A DNA stretch of 63,973 nt, the filler included, from Streblomastix strix (lineage: Eukaryota): assembly GCA_008636045.1 (NCBI GenBank). It is 3 parts of 3 records of this genome, joined end to end, with 100 filler letters (N's around TTAATTAATTAA, not from the genome) between each part and the next. Parts side by side here need not be neighbours in the genome. Positions count along the whole stretch, not along the records: positions 21,774 to 43,423 come from SNRW01000360.1; positions 43,524 to 63,973 come from SNRW01000431.1; 1 more part is not named here. One strand, 5' to 3'. Shown here piece after piece: positions 26,194-44,577 of this stretch; position 1 is the first letter of the stretch; the number at the start of each line of letters is the position of its first letter. A model generated the notes under the pieces. It searched no databases. It saw only the letters and a program-made list of their open reading frames with translations, and was not told the DNA's origin. The position numbers were made by a program, and so were the translations under genes.

Positions 26194-27228
26194 TCAAACC
26201 GTATAATTATATAGGGCATAAGAATCACATACTTATTCAAAAAAATCATTAGGTAAATTAAACTAACAATATGTATTAATTTTAATATGTCCATCAGGGT
26301 CTATATAACAATCAATAGCAACAGCATTAGTCCATGTGACTGGATTACTAGATTACTTGGTAACATACATAACAGCATTAAGAGGTAAATTACGAGGTGA
26401 TCCACTGAACTTAGGTTTTGCATCATCATGCATAACAGAAAATAGGGTGTATCCGGTGCTCCAATTAGTATTAGGGTTAGTGTGAGTTATACCTATTGAA
26501 ATATATATACGGTTATTTAATAAGGTTGCTTATCCCCATGTGAAGAAATTAAATGCACCAATACCTAGTGTTTATTAAGTAGCATATTCAATTGGAAGGG
26601 GAGATACAATCTAATTGTTGAATTTAAGTGATGAACAATCGAAATCAATAATTAATCCCTTATAATCATAAGCTGAATCTTCCTATTTTTATATCCTGAA
26701 TTAAGATGAAGTTGATCCCATTTTCCATACTACATCTCTATCTGTGGGGTCAGCGTTACAGCCAGTGAGTACAAAACTATCCCAATTATTTTTATTTTTC
26801 ATTATCCGAATACCCTAATCTAATATAGTATTACTTGGTTCAATAATCAATTAGCCCATCGCATGAGGATAGTATTTAGGCAAAAATTAATCTACATCAG
26901 TGGTAGTACCATTAGCTAGCAATATTTAATTATCAGTGCCACCTGTTTTGATAAATTTATCCGCTTAGATAGCTTAAGTGAATTATTTATATCCTGTTAC
27001 TGTTTGATTAGTATTTAAGGTTATTAATTTAGATAAATCAGCATCCCTATTTTTCATATATTAACTAAAGTATATAAAGTATTTAATTATTTATTATTCA
27101 ATGAAGGGAATTAATTTCTCACGTAATAATTCGAATTATTTTTATTCATTATCGATCTCTCTTATTTTATCTAGTTCTTCTTTCATTGCTTATAATTATT
27201 CTTAGGTAAGAAGTTCAAGGTTATCCAT
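26194..27228 (-). CDS. Tail-fibre/spike-like protein 2 (~345 aa)
   Basis: MDNLELLTQ..., QYMKN, TNQTVTGYKQF, KFIKTGGTDNQILLANG and a GIRI..YKGL..LKFNN module shared with fibre 1. It has a distinct beta-rich C-terminal head. Confidence 0.68.
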
Positions 27229-27249
27229 TTAATTTAATTGCAAAAATAA

Positions 27250-27984
27250 TTAATGTTTAAAATTCAGTTGGACCAATATCAATTGCAGGTACTTCACTTA
27301 ATCGAACTAGATCTTTATTTATTCGATATAATTTTCTACGCTATTCCAGAGTACATTATCCTACGTATTAATGGAAACATTTTTTATCAGTACATCAATA
27401 ACTCTAACTATTTCCTTCTTTTTATATTATTTACTTAGGCAATAATGTGTTGCTATAATACTTTCCTCTAGTACAATTTCTATATCATCTTCTTTCTCTT
27501 ATGTTACCATAGACCAAAATTTAATAAAATTATCCGATGAAAGAATGAAATCATCACCTTTGTTTCTATGTATAACTGTTCGCCATATACAATCGACTAC
27601 AAATTTCATAACTTCCAGATTAGGATGGGATAGATAGGCGTTTAAATGATTGTCCACGATTACATTTTGAATTGATGGCTAAATTATTGGCTAAATTATT
27701 TGTTCACTTTCTCTTACTATTGGTTGGGCTAATTTATCGATTACTTCCTATGGGGTAATTTAAGCAGTTGATCTATCAGCATCAGTATACTTATTTTTAT
27801 TGAACTATCGTTATGATTAATGTTCTGATTAGCTGTTGGGCTAATTATTTTCATTTTCAATTGCCTTGGATAATAAACTATCTATATACTGTAATCTTTA
27901 TTAATTATTTGTGTCAATCAATTCTTTCATATACTTCTTACTTTTAGAGAGCCGCAATTAATTCCGTTCAACTCCATATATCAT
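27250..27984 (-). CDS. Hypothetical viral protein (probable frameshift near the 3' end)
   Basis: Code-6 ORF MIYGVERNQLRLSKSKKYMKELID...FVVDCIWRTVIHRNKGDDF... Confidence 0.5.
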
Positions 27985-28014
27985 TTAAATTAGAAAAAGA
28001 TTTCTGATTATTAA

Positions 28015-28575
28015 ATGGATAAATCACAAGCATATAAATTTATGATGGAGAATGGAACAAATACTGAATATTTTGATGGCGGCTATTTTATTCGAGATAA
28101 GAAACAAATTAAGTGCTTCGAGGATGGAAAGAAAGGTCTAAAAATAATTATTTAAGCTTAATAAAATAAATTAATGATGTAGGCAAGAGGAACCCCCAGC
28201 TAATAAAAATAAAAATTATTTGATTCAGAATCAAGTGACGATGTTATTGACGATGAACAAGAATAACAAAAATAAATTAAACCATAGCCTGTAAAAAAGA
28301 AAGTGTAAAAATAACCTTAAATTAAATATATTAATCCCCAACTTGATTTAGAGGAGCTAATTTCACTTCGAACTGAAAATAAATTTATAAAATAATAACA
28401 TGCTGAAGCTATTAAATAGAATGAAAAATATAAAAATAAATTGAAAGCGTTGAAATAAGTTAAACAAAAACCAAAACAAATTGAATAGGAAGTAAGTGAA
28501 GAAGAATAAGAATAACCCCAATAATAATACCGTTAATAACTACAATAATAATATAGTTAATACGATATTTATTGA
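28015..28575 (+). CDS. Hypothetical Q/K/E-rich viral protein (one frameshift)
   Basis: MDKSQAYKFMMENGTNTEYFDGGYFIR..., continuing in a shifted frame to YDIY*. Confidence 0.5.
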
Positions 28576-28702
28576 TAGGGGGCCAGCTGGAATTCAGCCA
28601 ACTAAAACTTTTTGGTAGAAAAATTTATTTTTTTTAAATTAATTTTGTTGGTGCAAACTACCTTTTTTATTTTTATTTTTATTTTTTTTATCTGGTTAAT
28701 AA

Positions 28703-29273
28703 ATGTAACAGTTTACTACTCTTATTGTTGAGCCCACTTACGAGATTACTACCGAGTATCCATGGTTGATTAGAAGAATATTAGATAAATTTATTCCAAA
28801 GATCTCGACTGAAAAAAGCGGTAATTAATAAATTGGTTTGAATGGTACTTCGTATGGTATCCACAGACTAGTTGCTATTTAATTTATTACAACTGATGAC
28901 CCCAAAAAATAGGTCGATCATGCTAACCATAATCGTTCTGATAATTAATTTAAAATTTTACGCTGGCTATCAGCGAGTGAAAATTGTTTAAATAGAACCA
29001 AGCCCACTAGAACAAAAATAGAATATATATTTATTGATTCATTACCTGAGGATAAAAATAACTATTACTGAATATGGGAAACATAAATTTGAAGATCTAT
29101 ATTTTGTACCTAGTACAGATAAATTTTATAAATTTAATGGATCGTAATATAAATAATTACATGTTAATGAAAAATTAAATGGTGCCCTATTTGTTTATGC
29201 AGCTGATAAGAAAGGTAGAGGCCACTAGCTTCATTATATCAGAGATAAGCGTTTGTTTAAAGTGGAAAATTGA
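28703..29273 (+). CDS. HNH homing-type endonuclease (1-bp homopolymer frameshift)
   Basis: IHRLVAIQFI...QVDHANHNRSDNQFKILRWLSASENCLNR is a classic HNH_3-type signature. Confidence 0.88.
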
Positions 29274-29295
29274 TAAAAATTATTTTTGTAAATAG

Positions 29296-30800
29296 ATGGC
29301 TGCACAAGGTATGAAAGTACTCTCTTCATCAACAGAATAGGAATTTGTTTAATGGCAAACTACTATCCCATAGAGGTATAATTAATTTTAAGTTAATAGT
29401 ATGTGTAATGTTCCCATTAACTTAACATATTATTTAAACAATGATTACATAAAAATTACCCCGAATATTAGATCTAGTGAAGATAAATAAGTAATGGTAT
29501 AAGAATAATTACCGAATAATTTATTTAAATTAACAGCTATTGATTAATTTCCTCCAATCAGAATTAAGATGAACACACATGTTAATAATAATTACGTTAA
29601 TTAAGAAGGACACCAGGGGTTTAAATTTAGTCCATAAGTTATTGCTCTAAGGAATAATTAATTTAATGAATTCGCTGATAACTCCGAATAATATTTTAGT
29701 TTACCTGATACAATTAATGGGGACCAATCAGCTTTAATTCAGCCTTAAACGAGCATACAAAAAAATAATTAAATTAGTATACTTTAAGCTAAAATATTGG
29801 TGATGACATTTGTTCTTCTGCTATTAATTATATTAATTTACGACTAGATTCATTCTTATACCATTACTGGATCTATAACTAATAATTATAGGTAGCCATT
29901 CGAATGATTGGACTAATTAAATTATATTGTCCTACTACAGTTAACTATATAACTAGTGTTGAACCACATATGTACGATTAAAATAAATCCATTAGTGTCA
30001 TATACAATTTCGGAATATAATGTACGATTAATGGAGAATCAATTTTACTAGCTGAAACATAACCAATTAATGTATAAGGACCAAATTTATAATTAATTAC
30101 TAATTAAATTAATACATTTCCCGTAAGAATAATATTTTCCCTACCGGCACTATTTGCTAATGAGTGGAATTATATTTATACAAGTGTACAGCGCGCTAAT
30201 GATTACAGATAATTTGTTCCTGAGATATTAGAATAATTATATTGGGATAAGTTAGAACTACAAAATAAATTAGAAAAAATAGTACTTAGTAAAAATTTAC
30301 ATATTTAATTAACCAACAGCAATTAGCTATACGGTAACAACGATCGTGTAAAATAAATGTAATTAGAAACATGGTGTTATAAAGTTAAATATTAAACTTA
30401 GGACTATCATTAAACATTACTTATATTTTGCCCTTTCATCGGCAATTTTATGGGGTATCCACAGATGTTAATAATAACAGTGAACAATTAATAGAGAGGG
30501 CTAGCGATGGAGGTGTAGGACAATAATTCGTTTAGTAATGTTGTATTCAAATAGAACTTAATTGGTGCACCAGTAATATGGGGATAAAATATGTTGTCTC
30601 ACACAAATGTTATTGGGTAAAATAAGGATGTAGTATTTAAGTTATTCGATAATTTCGGTAGATAAGTTCCGGTATAATATATGGATATGTATAATAATTT
30701 ACTGTTAGAACTATAATATAAATGTTGTAAAGTTCTACTTCAGGAATTTAGGAGGTAGAATTGGTCCCGCTAAAATTAGCGGCACGAATTTATCACATGA
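29296..30800 (+). CDS. Candidate minor capsid (penton-like) protein with insertion; frameshifted
   Basis: Starts MAAQGMKVLSSSTEQEFVQWQTTIPQRYNQFQVNS; beta-rich. The C-terminal VVFKLFDNFGRQVPVQ...LLLEL resembles the last strands of Polinton pentons (inference). Confidence 0.45.
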
Positions 30801-30874
30801 ATTATTGCGTTGGTACCATTTGGTTCTGACCCCTCGGCAGAATCAGCTGGGCTATCATCTTTTATTTTTATTAA

Positions 30875-31941
30875 ATGGAATAATTTATTACAGACAAGGT
30901 AAATCGGTTAATGAATAAGTTAACTATAAAGGAATTTATCAATAACATTAATTACTAGTTTAGCAAACACATTAATATTTCAGATTAATTTCAAGGTAAG
31001 AGTATAGAATAGTGGTATAAATTATATGTAGAAGAATACAATACAAAAAATATATAAAATAGAAACATTAGCGCAACAACTAATTATAGGAGTAATATCA
31101 GTATTAACCTCCGTAAAAGATCAGAGATTACAAATTGAAACCACTAGCCAAATATTAACGACCTTACTTTTCCCCTCAATTAGGTTCATGGGAAATTGAT
31201 ATAAGGTTCTTCAAATTGTTACTGTTCTTATTTATTATCAACGTTAATACTAAGTATCTTATTATTTATCCAATCCGAACAAAAGAGACACGATCACTAA
31301 TCCCAGCTCTAGAGTCGCTAATTTAATCCGAGTATGTTACAAATATTAGATCAGATTGGGAAGCATCATTTGGAAGTAATTAAATAAGGGATCTATTAAT
31401 TAAACAAAATATATAATATTTTTATAACAAATCCTTATACACGAATAAAAATAGAGTGGTAGATAGCGTGATAAGAAATATGAGAAATAAATTAATAAAT
31501 TAATACATATCTAATCATATACTATAGTAAGCACCCGACGAGTATAATAATACCAAACACAGTGCTTTTAACAATATATATATTCCAACCTAAGTAAATG
31601 AATCACGCGATCTAGAAGGTAGTTATATTCGCTAAAAATAATAAGAATTAGAAGGTAAAATTAGTTTATAAAGAAAAGATAAATTACTAAATTTAAAACC
31701 AGTGGACATTATCTTAATCCACTTAGATTTGGCTAAAACGAAACATTAATTCGATAAGTTGCGTAGGAACTTTAATGAGCTGGCTACCTTTATTATTAAA
31801 TACAATCATGGTAATGTAATCTGTAAATTATTGAAACCCTATAAGGATATAACTGAAGTTGAAGTACCTAGTTATTATACTAAATTTATATCCAGTGACC
31901 TTGATTAATTAGAAAATAAATACAAAAAATAATTTTTATGA
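30875..31941 (+). CDS. Hypothetical viral protein(s), probably frameshifted
   Basis: MEQFITDKVNRLMNKLTIKEF... through ...DLDQLENKYKKQFL*. Confidence 0.45.
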
Positions 31942-31964
31942 ACTTTTTATTTTTAAACCAAACA

Positions 31965-32255
31965 ATGGAATAAAATAAAGAAGTAATAAATGAAACTGTT
32001 CAAGATATTGTTCCGACTAAAATTAAAGGAAGACCTAAAAAGTACCTTACTACTGAGGAAGCTAAATAGCGGGCTAAAGAATAAAGATAATAATTTAAAT
32101 AGAGGTAGAAGGATAAAGTGGAAAAAATTAGATCAGATGTAACTGCGAAATAATTAGATATACAAAAGTTACTAAATAAATATATAATTGAATAGTAGGA
32201 CATTAATAGTATTATTTACATACTCGAAAAATATATAACTGAACAATAAAATTGA
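31965..32255 (+). CDS. Small AT-hook-like DNA-binding protein
   Basis: KIKGRPKKYLTTEEAKQRAKEQ followed by a coiled coil; 96 aa intact ORF in code 6. Confidence 0.6.
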
Positions 32256-32257
32256 TT

Positions 32258-33503
32258 TCACTTCTTTTTTCGTAATTATTTTTTGTCCCTATAACGTTTT
32301 GTTTAATTCACCTTTTGAAATATAGTTCTTCTTATTTCTCGGCATATTTAATAGGGATTATTTATCTAATTTAACCTGGGCCTATCTTAGTACGGTTTAT
32401 CCTTCATTAGTGTACCATTAATATTTCCTATTTGGAAAGTGTTATTAGTTAAAATAAACGTTAATTGGTTATTTTCCCCATCCTGTTGCACTAACTACAT
32501 ACTTTAACTCCTTTATTATTTCTTCGTTCTATTCTTATAGTTCTTCTCCCATCTAATATTTTGCTTAGCCTTACTACATTTGTTATTTCATAAATTAACT
32601 TGCTTCATACTATTTCTATAATGAAGTATCAACTGCTGTATTAGCCATATCATTAATATATTCTATCATTTATGACTATTATTATTGATTTGGCTGTTCA
32701 ACTATACGCTATTATGTTGCGACCTCTTCTGGTAATGGTTAAGCTGGTACTTATTCCCCATCTTTTTCTTTATATATTTATTCAGCTACTTGTGCCCCAT
32801 TAGATCCCTCATGACTCATTTCTCTCACTATAGTATCGGGGTCAGAAGGCAATGCTGCACTACCAACATGAGCACTAGGTTCATCTAATCGAGCATTAAT
32901 ATTGAAATCTTATTCTCGCGCTATCCTATTTGGTATTATTTTTGGAGGTAGTGATGATTAAATTTCACTAGCATTGGGATCAGGTACATCTTCTATTTGT
33001 TAAACTATTTTATTCAGCTTATTTTATACATCTCCCATCATAAGTTAGTTTGTTTCTTCTTGTTCTTATATTAAATCTATAACTTCTATTTTATTTAATA
33101 ATTTTGGATGATTCAATATATATTGAAAATTAGGACAATAAGCTCCCTTAATAATTTATTTTTCATTTCCTAGTGTGATAATTTTGAAAGCTTATAGTCC
33201 TGCGCTAGTTATTTTTAATTTGGGATTAATAGCTTTAAATTACTATTCTAATTCCTAAAATTAATATCCGTATCTAAGTGCGCTAGGTATGGATATAGTC
33301 CTATTGCTATCTTGATATATTTTAAATAAATGTCGACCTTAACGAAGCTATTGATCAGTAAAATTTCATGTACCTGATTCTACTTATTTTGTATTTTTCA
33401 TATGTTAGTCTACCTAACTAAATATCTGTTTTGATTGTTCACACATAGATGAATCTGATTTATCTTTCTATTTTTTACTCTTCTTATTATGTCTACTGCT
33501 CAT
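32258..33503 (-). pseudogene. Q/E/P-rich protein with basic termini (possible virion core protein); internal TGA
   Basis: Runs from MSSRHNKKSKKQKDKS to RYRDKKQQLRKKK*; low-complexity acidic middle. Confidence 0.45.
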
Positions 33504-33935
33504 ATTTATTTATCATATAAAATGATACCATTATATGTTTAAAAATTTATGGTATACAGTTAATTCTTATAGTTATTAGTTTGCTAGGCTACAAAATCTG
33601 ACCCCGAAATAGAATTACGATTCTTACTACGATAATTTAATAGAAGATTACGAATGGAATAATTAAAATAAATAATTGAGATAGCGAAAGAAGATAGCCA
33701 AAGGGCAACTTTGGAGTTAGTGTAATAATTAGAGAACAAAAATAAATGAGAAAGCAAATTGTACCTCTGTTTATTTTTTCAAAAAATTTAAAAAATTTGA
33801 TCAGAGGTTAATTACTACGTTAACTTTCAGTCAGATAAAAGGCAGATTGCACCTCTGTTTATTTTTTCAAAAATTATTTTTAGTTTGGGTGTAGGTCAAT
33901 TACTACGCTAACACAGTAATTATAGCCAGAAACAC

Positions 33936-34351
33936 GTAGTATAGTCTCGGGAATCTTGCGCTCAAAAGAGTTAAATTAATGGGCTAGCTTAATTAAGAAG
34001 GCCTCAAAAACGTGTAAAACAGCCATAAAATAAAAAAATTAAAAATTAATTTGGCCTATGTTTTGAATATTTCCTGTAATAAAATAATGTTATGAATATT
34101 TTTTTACATTTTTTCCAACCATGATTGTTCAAAATTAACGTGAAATTGATGATACACGTTATTTTATGGGGAGAAATGAATCATTGTCGCGATCCCAAGC
34201 CGAGAGAGGAATAATGTGGGGATAATAGCCAAATTAATTATTAATTTATTTATTTTATGGCTGTTTTACACGTTTTTGAGGCCTTCTTAATGGATAAGTT
34301 AGCCCATTAATTTAACTCTTTTGAGCGCAAGATTCCCGAGACTATACTACT
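33936..34351. repeat. Fold-back inverted repeat (~120-bp arms, ~170-bp spacer) at the element terminus
   Basis: 33936-34055 (GTAGTATAGTCTCGGGAATCTTGCGCTCAAAAGAG...) is the near-perfect reverse complement of 34228-34350. Confidence 0.92.
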
Positions 34352-34553
34352 GATCCTTTTGATTTAAACATACGATTTATAAAGTGTTTCAAAGTAGTAT
34401 TTGTATACTGATCGAGTGGCTAGCATTCTATGACGGAGTATGAAACAAAAGTTATAGTATCAATAAAAATGGTTTTTTTATAATCATTATATAAAAATTA
34501 CAGCGAGTACATCCGGAAAAATTATTCTTAATTGACTGATTTTCACTAAGGTC

Positions 34554-35548
34554 TTGGGGATGCCAAATTGCCACAGGGTGTAAAGTGAGGCAGGGCAAAC
34601 CAGAAAAGTGGGTCAGCCTAATTTTGATTAAATTTCAAAAATAAATAGAATTTTTTTTTAAATTTGTATAAAAATTATTAAAAAAAATGGGAGTTTATCT
34701 ATCTTTATGGTTAGTTACTATTTTGTGGAAATGTAGTATATTATGGATTTGAAGTATCATAATATATTTAAAAATAAATAGTATGTAGCGATTATATGTT
34801 GACTTGCTGCTTAACATCTAAATTTGTCTTGAAATTTTTAATAAATTCATTTTTGGTGTATAGACAAGAATATTTTATTTTTTAAAATACATTTAAAAAT
34901 TCAAGTATTATTATATATATAAGAACTTAGAATTATTTTGAGTATATTATAGTGCATCTATTGGTAAAGTTAAAAAAAGTAAAAATGTGCGCTTTTGTCT
35001 GAAGTAAGTTAAATATTAAAAATTATATTCAAATATACTAGCAAATATTCACATTAATTAATTAAAATATAAAAAAATTTAATATAGAACAATGAGACAT
35101 TGTGAAATAAGTGAGGCAAGTTTTTAATTGGAGGCGTCAGTATTTAATTGGGGGCAGAATTTTTTAATTCGGGGCTGCTGCCCCTTTTAAATTTTGTGGG
35201 AGCTACGGTCTATTATTCAAAAAACTGGTAAATATAAAAGATTTAAAATCGTAATGGGCAAATTTTTACAAAATTAAAATATAAAATATTTGGTTTCTCG
35301 TCTTAAAAAGAGCTTGCTCCACTTGCCCCAAATTAAATTATATTTTGAGCTAGAAATCTATTTGAGATTAATTAATATAAATATTATTTATTGTGAATAA
35401 TAAAATTCTTTTAATATATTATTAACAAAATTTATATCCATACAAAGATGAAAATTTTTTAATTATTTATTTTTTTTAACAAAGTGGGGCAAAAACAAAA
35501 TCGGAGCAGGGATTTTGATGATGGGGCAGGCATTTCTGGAATCTCCAA
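34554..35548. mobile_element. Non-autonomous hAT-like element, diverged
   Basis: Left end TTGGGGATGCCAAATTG matches the TIR of the 44578-45546 element. The right end is degenerate (TGGAATCTCCAA). Flanks CTAAGGTC / CAAAAGTC match at 6 of 8 positions. Confidence 0.55.
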
Positions 35549-36128
35549 CAAAAGTCTGAGTTAAACACATATTGTATCTATAAAAATTATCTACAGCAAA
35601 TGTATATTTAATTTGAAAATCATCAAATAATCTTTGATTTTGAATATATCACTCAAATTTAATCATTCCAAATATTTACTTTAATAATTATTTATTTGAA
35701 GTTATTAATTTAATTTCTTAGCAAATTTAAAACGATTTTAATTTTTTACGTAATTTATTTCTACACATATAAGCCTTTATTAAAAGTAAACATAATATTA
35801 ATTTTAGTAAAAAAACTATATTTATTTTTTTTATTAATTATTTCATAAATAATCATTCGTTGGGCAAGTTAATGAATGAAATTAATAAAAATCGATTTTT
35901 TACCTTATTTCATTTACAATAGTCATTTTTAAATTTGCTTCAAAAAATTGAACGCTACTTACAATAAAAAAAATATTACTTATTTATTTGTCAAATACAA
36001 ACAAATATGAAAAATTTTTCAATAAAATTGACATTTTATTTTATCTTTTAACATTAAATATGATGTAATTTATATATTTTTTAAATCATTTTTCATTGTT
36101 ATTATTCAATTAATTAACAGAACCAATA

Positions 36129-42279
<6,151 letters not shown>

Positions 42280-43423
42280 TTGAACAATATATTTTCTTAT
42301 TTATTCAATATTATATCATATTTACCAGATTTTATAAAATTGTTTATTAATTATTTTAATTATCTTTTAATTGTAGAATTTTTTCAAAAAAAATTCTACA
42401 TTTCAAATCCTCATCCTTTTAAAAATAAAAAACTTTAAATAAATAGAGTAAAAATAATTGAGAATAATATACCAAATTATTAAATTTTATATTTAATTTT
42501 CAATTTTTTTTTTAAATTTAATGAATGGTTAGGAAAACTAGCATTTAATCAAAATAGTCACTCATAAATCATATTATGCATTATCATCTAAATAGCCACG
42601 ATAATTCATATTTAGACATTATAGTATCAATTTATATCTGACATTAGAATCAATCTTTTAATATTTCATTATCTTCAAAAATATTATTTTCAACTACATT
42701 TGCTGTTCATAAAGTATGAATTTAAATGGAAGAAGTCATATTAGTTTCCTACAAATAGCTTTTTACGAACACGTTTGCTCATCATTGAGTAATATTAGAC
42801 CTGACCTTGGAAAGTCAAAACAATAATATTGTTCATTTCAGCATTTGTTAGATTCCTTGTTCTGTTGTTCACTACTTTAAATATCTTGATGATGAAAGAT
42901 TGTATGATTAGAGTAAATGACCATTTTCTAAACAAATTAATATATATTAATAGAAGATGAAGATATTAATATCAAAAAATGATGAATTTAAATAACAATA
43001 ATTTGTTTCTGTGATTTTATGGACAAATAAAATAAAAAACTATAAAAATTTAACATTTAAATATTTATTTCTTCAGATACTAAATAATAAAATAAATTTT
43101 AATATTATAATATAGTTAATGTAATAGATAAAGTGATTTTAATTATGATTTTGTATTATTTAGTTGATAGCTCATTGTGATTTTTAGATAATTAAAATTT
43201 AATATAAAATTAAATTTGTAAAGGTAAAAATGTTTGTCTATAGTAATATTGTAATAAAATGAACGAGAATTTAGAGATAATAAAAATAATATTTCATAAA
43301 AGCAGTTTTTCCAAGCAGTGTACTGTTCATATCTGTCAATACTTTTAATTACAGGTTAGGCTCAATTATTAGTGAACATTTTCAAATTAATAATTCCTCG
43401 TTTACTTTTTGTAGTTATGATGC

Positions 43424-43523
43424 NNNNNNNNNNNNNNNNNNNNNNNNNNNNNNNNNNNNNNNNNNNNTTAATTAATTAANNNNNNNNNNNNNNNNNNNNN
43501 NNNNNNNNNNNNNNNNNNNNNNN
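43424..43523. other. Artificial contig-joining spacer
   Basis: 100 bp of N with TTAATTAATTAA at 43468-43479. Confidence 0.97.
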
Positions 43524-44577
43524 TAATATACCAAATTCTTATCCTTTACATTGAAATATAGCGATTAAATTATTTTCGTCAAAATTCTTAAATTTACTGA
43601 CGATTTCGTTCGTAAAAACAATATTCATTGACGAATTTTAACAGCTCTAAATTTTACATTAATGGTAAGGTTTAAAATTTTATTTTTTTGAAAATTTATT
43701 GTAAAAATTAAAAATAAATTAGATAATTATGCGGAATTAGAGTAAATGATACAATTTCATAATAAATCAATAATGGGTAAAAATAATGGCATTTATGAAA
43801 AGGCCTTTTATAGGTCCTACCTATCAATTTTGAGTTATATATAAAATAATGTTCTATGATATGAAACTCATAAATTGGTAAAAAAATTTATAGATGTTAA
43901 TTTGAAAGTTATCGAGAAATCGATTATTTTTTTTAATTTTGTTTGAAATATTCATTTTAATGAATTAAATTTTAAATATGAATTAAATGTATTTAATTAA
44001 TCATAATTAATAAAATTAAAAGTTTTAAATGAAAAATTATTTTAGATTGATGTAGTTTATTGATGGATCCCATAATCAAATTTTTTGGTGCATCATTTTT
44101 CTGATAGGTAGTGTATAAAATTTTCCTAATTTAAATGCAATTTTTATAAATATGCAAATTAAAATTAAAATAAATAACAATTACAACAAAATAATTTGTA
44201 GATCCTGCAGAATTTTGATGCAAATAATTTAAGATTAAATTCCATTTTTAACAAGTTCTCATCAGCCAAACATTCTATAAACATTAATAAATTTATAATT
44301 ATATATTATTTATTTGTTTTGCTTACAAAATATATTTATTAGCATAAACATGTTGAGAAAACTGGACTGTAACTTAAAATTAACACGCTGACTCTCGCAA
44401 TTTCATTTATTTATTTAATATAACATTTTTTCAACATTCACTTCATTTAATATTTAACTTGCATGCATAATACAATATTTTAACTACATTTATAATCGAG
44501 CGTTTTTTTCATAAATTCTGCGATATCTTTGCTCCCAAAATAACTTAATAATATTTGATAATATTTATTGCCTTTTC

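Larger units (their letters stand above)
21774..34351. mobile_element. Endogenous Polinton-like virus, right portion (left part cut off by the contig end)
   Basis: Dense intronless code-6 ORFs: packaging ATPase, two fibre-like genes, HNH nuclease, candidate minor capsid. Ends in ...ATACTACT, the (AGT)n-type terminus typical of Polintons. Confidence 0.8.

Noticed and set aside
22475..27228. Diversity-generating retroelement acting on the fibre genes
   Set aside because: No reverse transcriptase and no template/variable repeat pair differing at adenines. Similarity between modules is only at the protein level.
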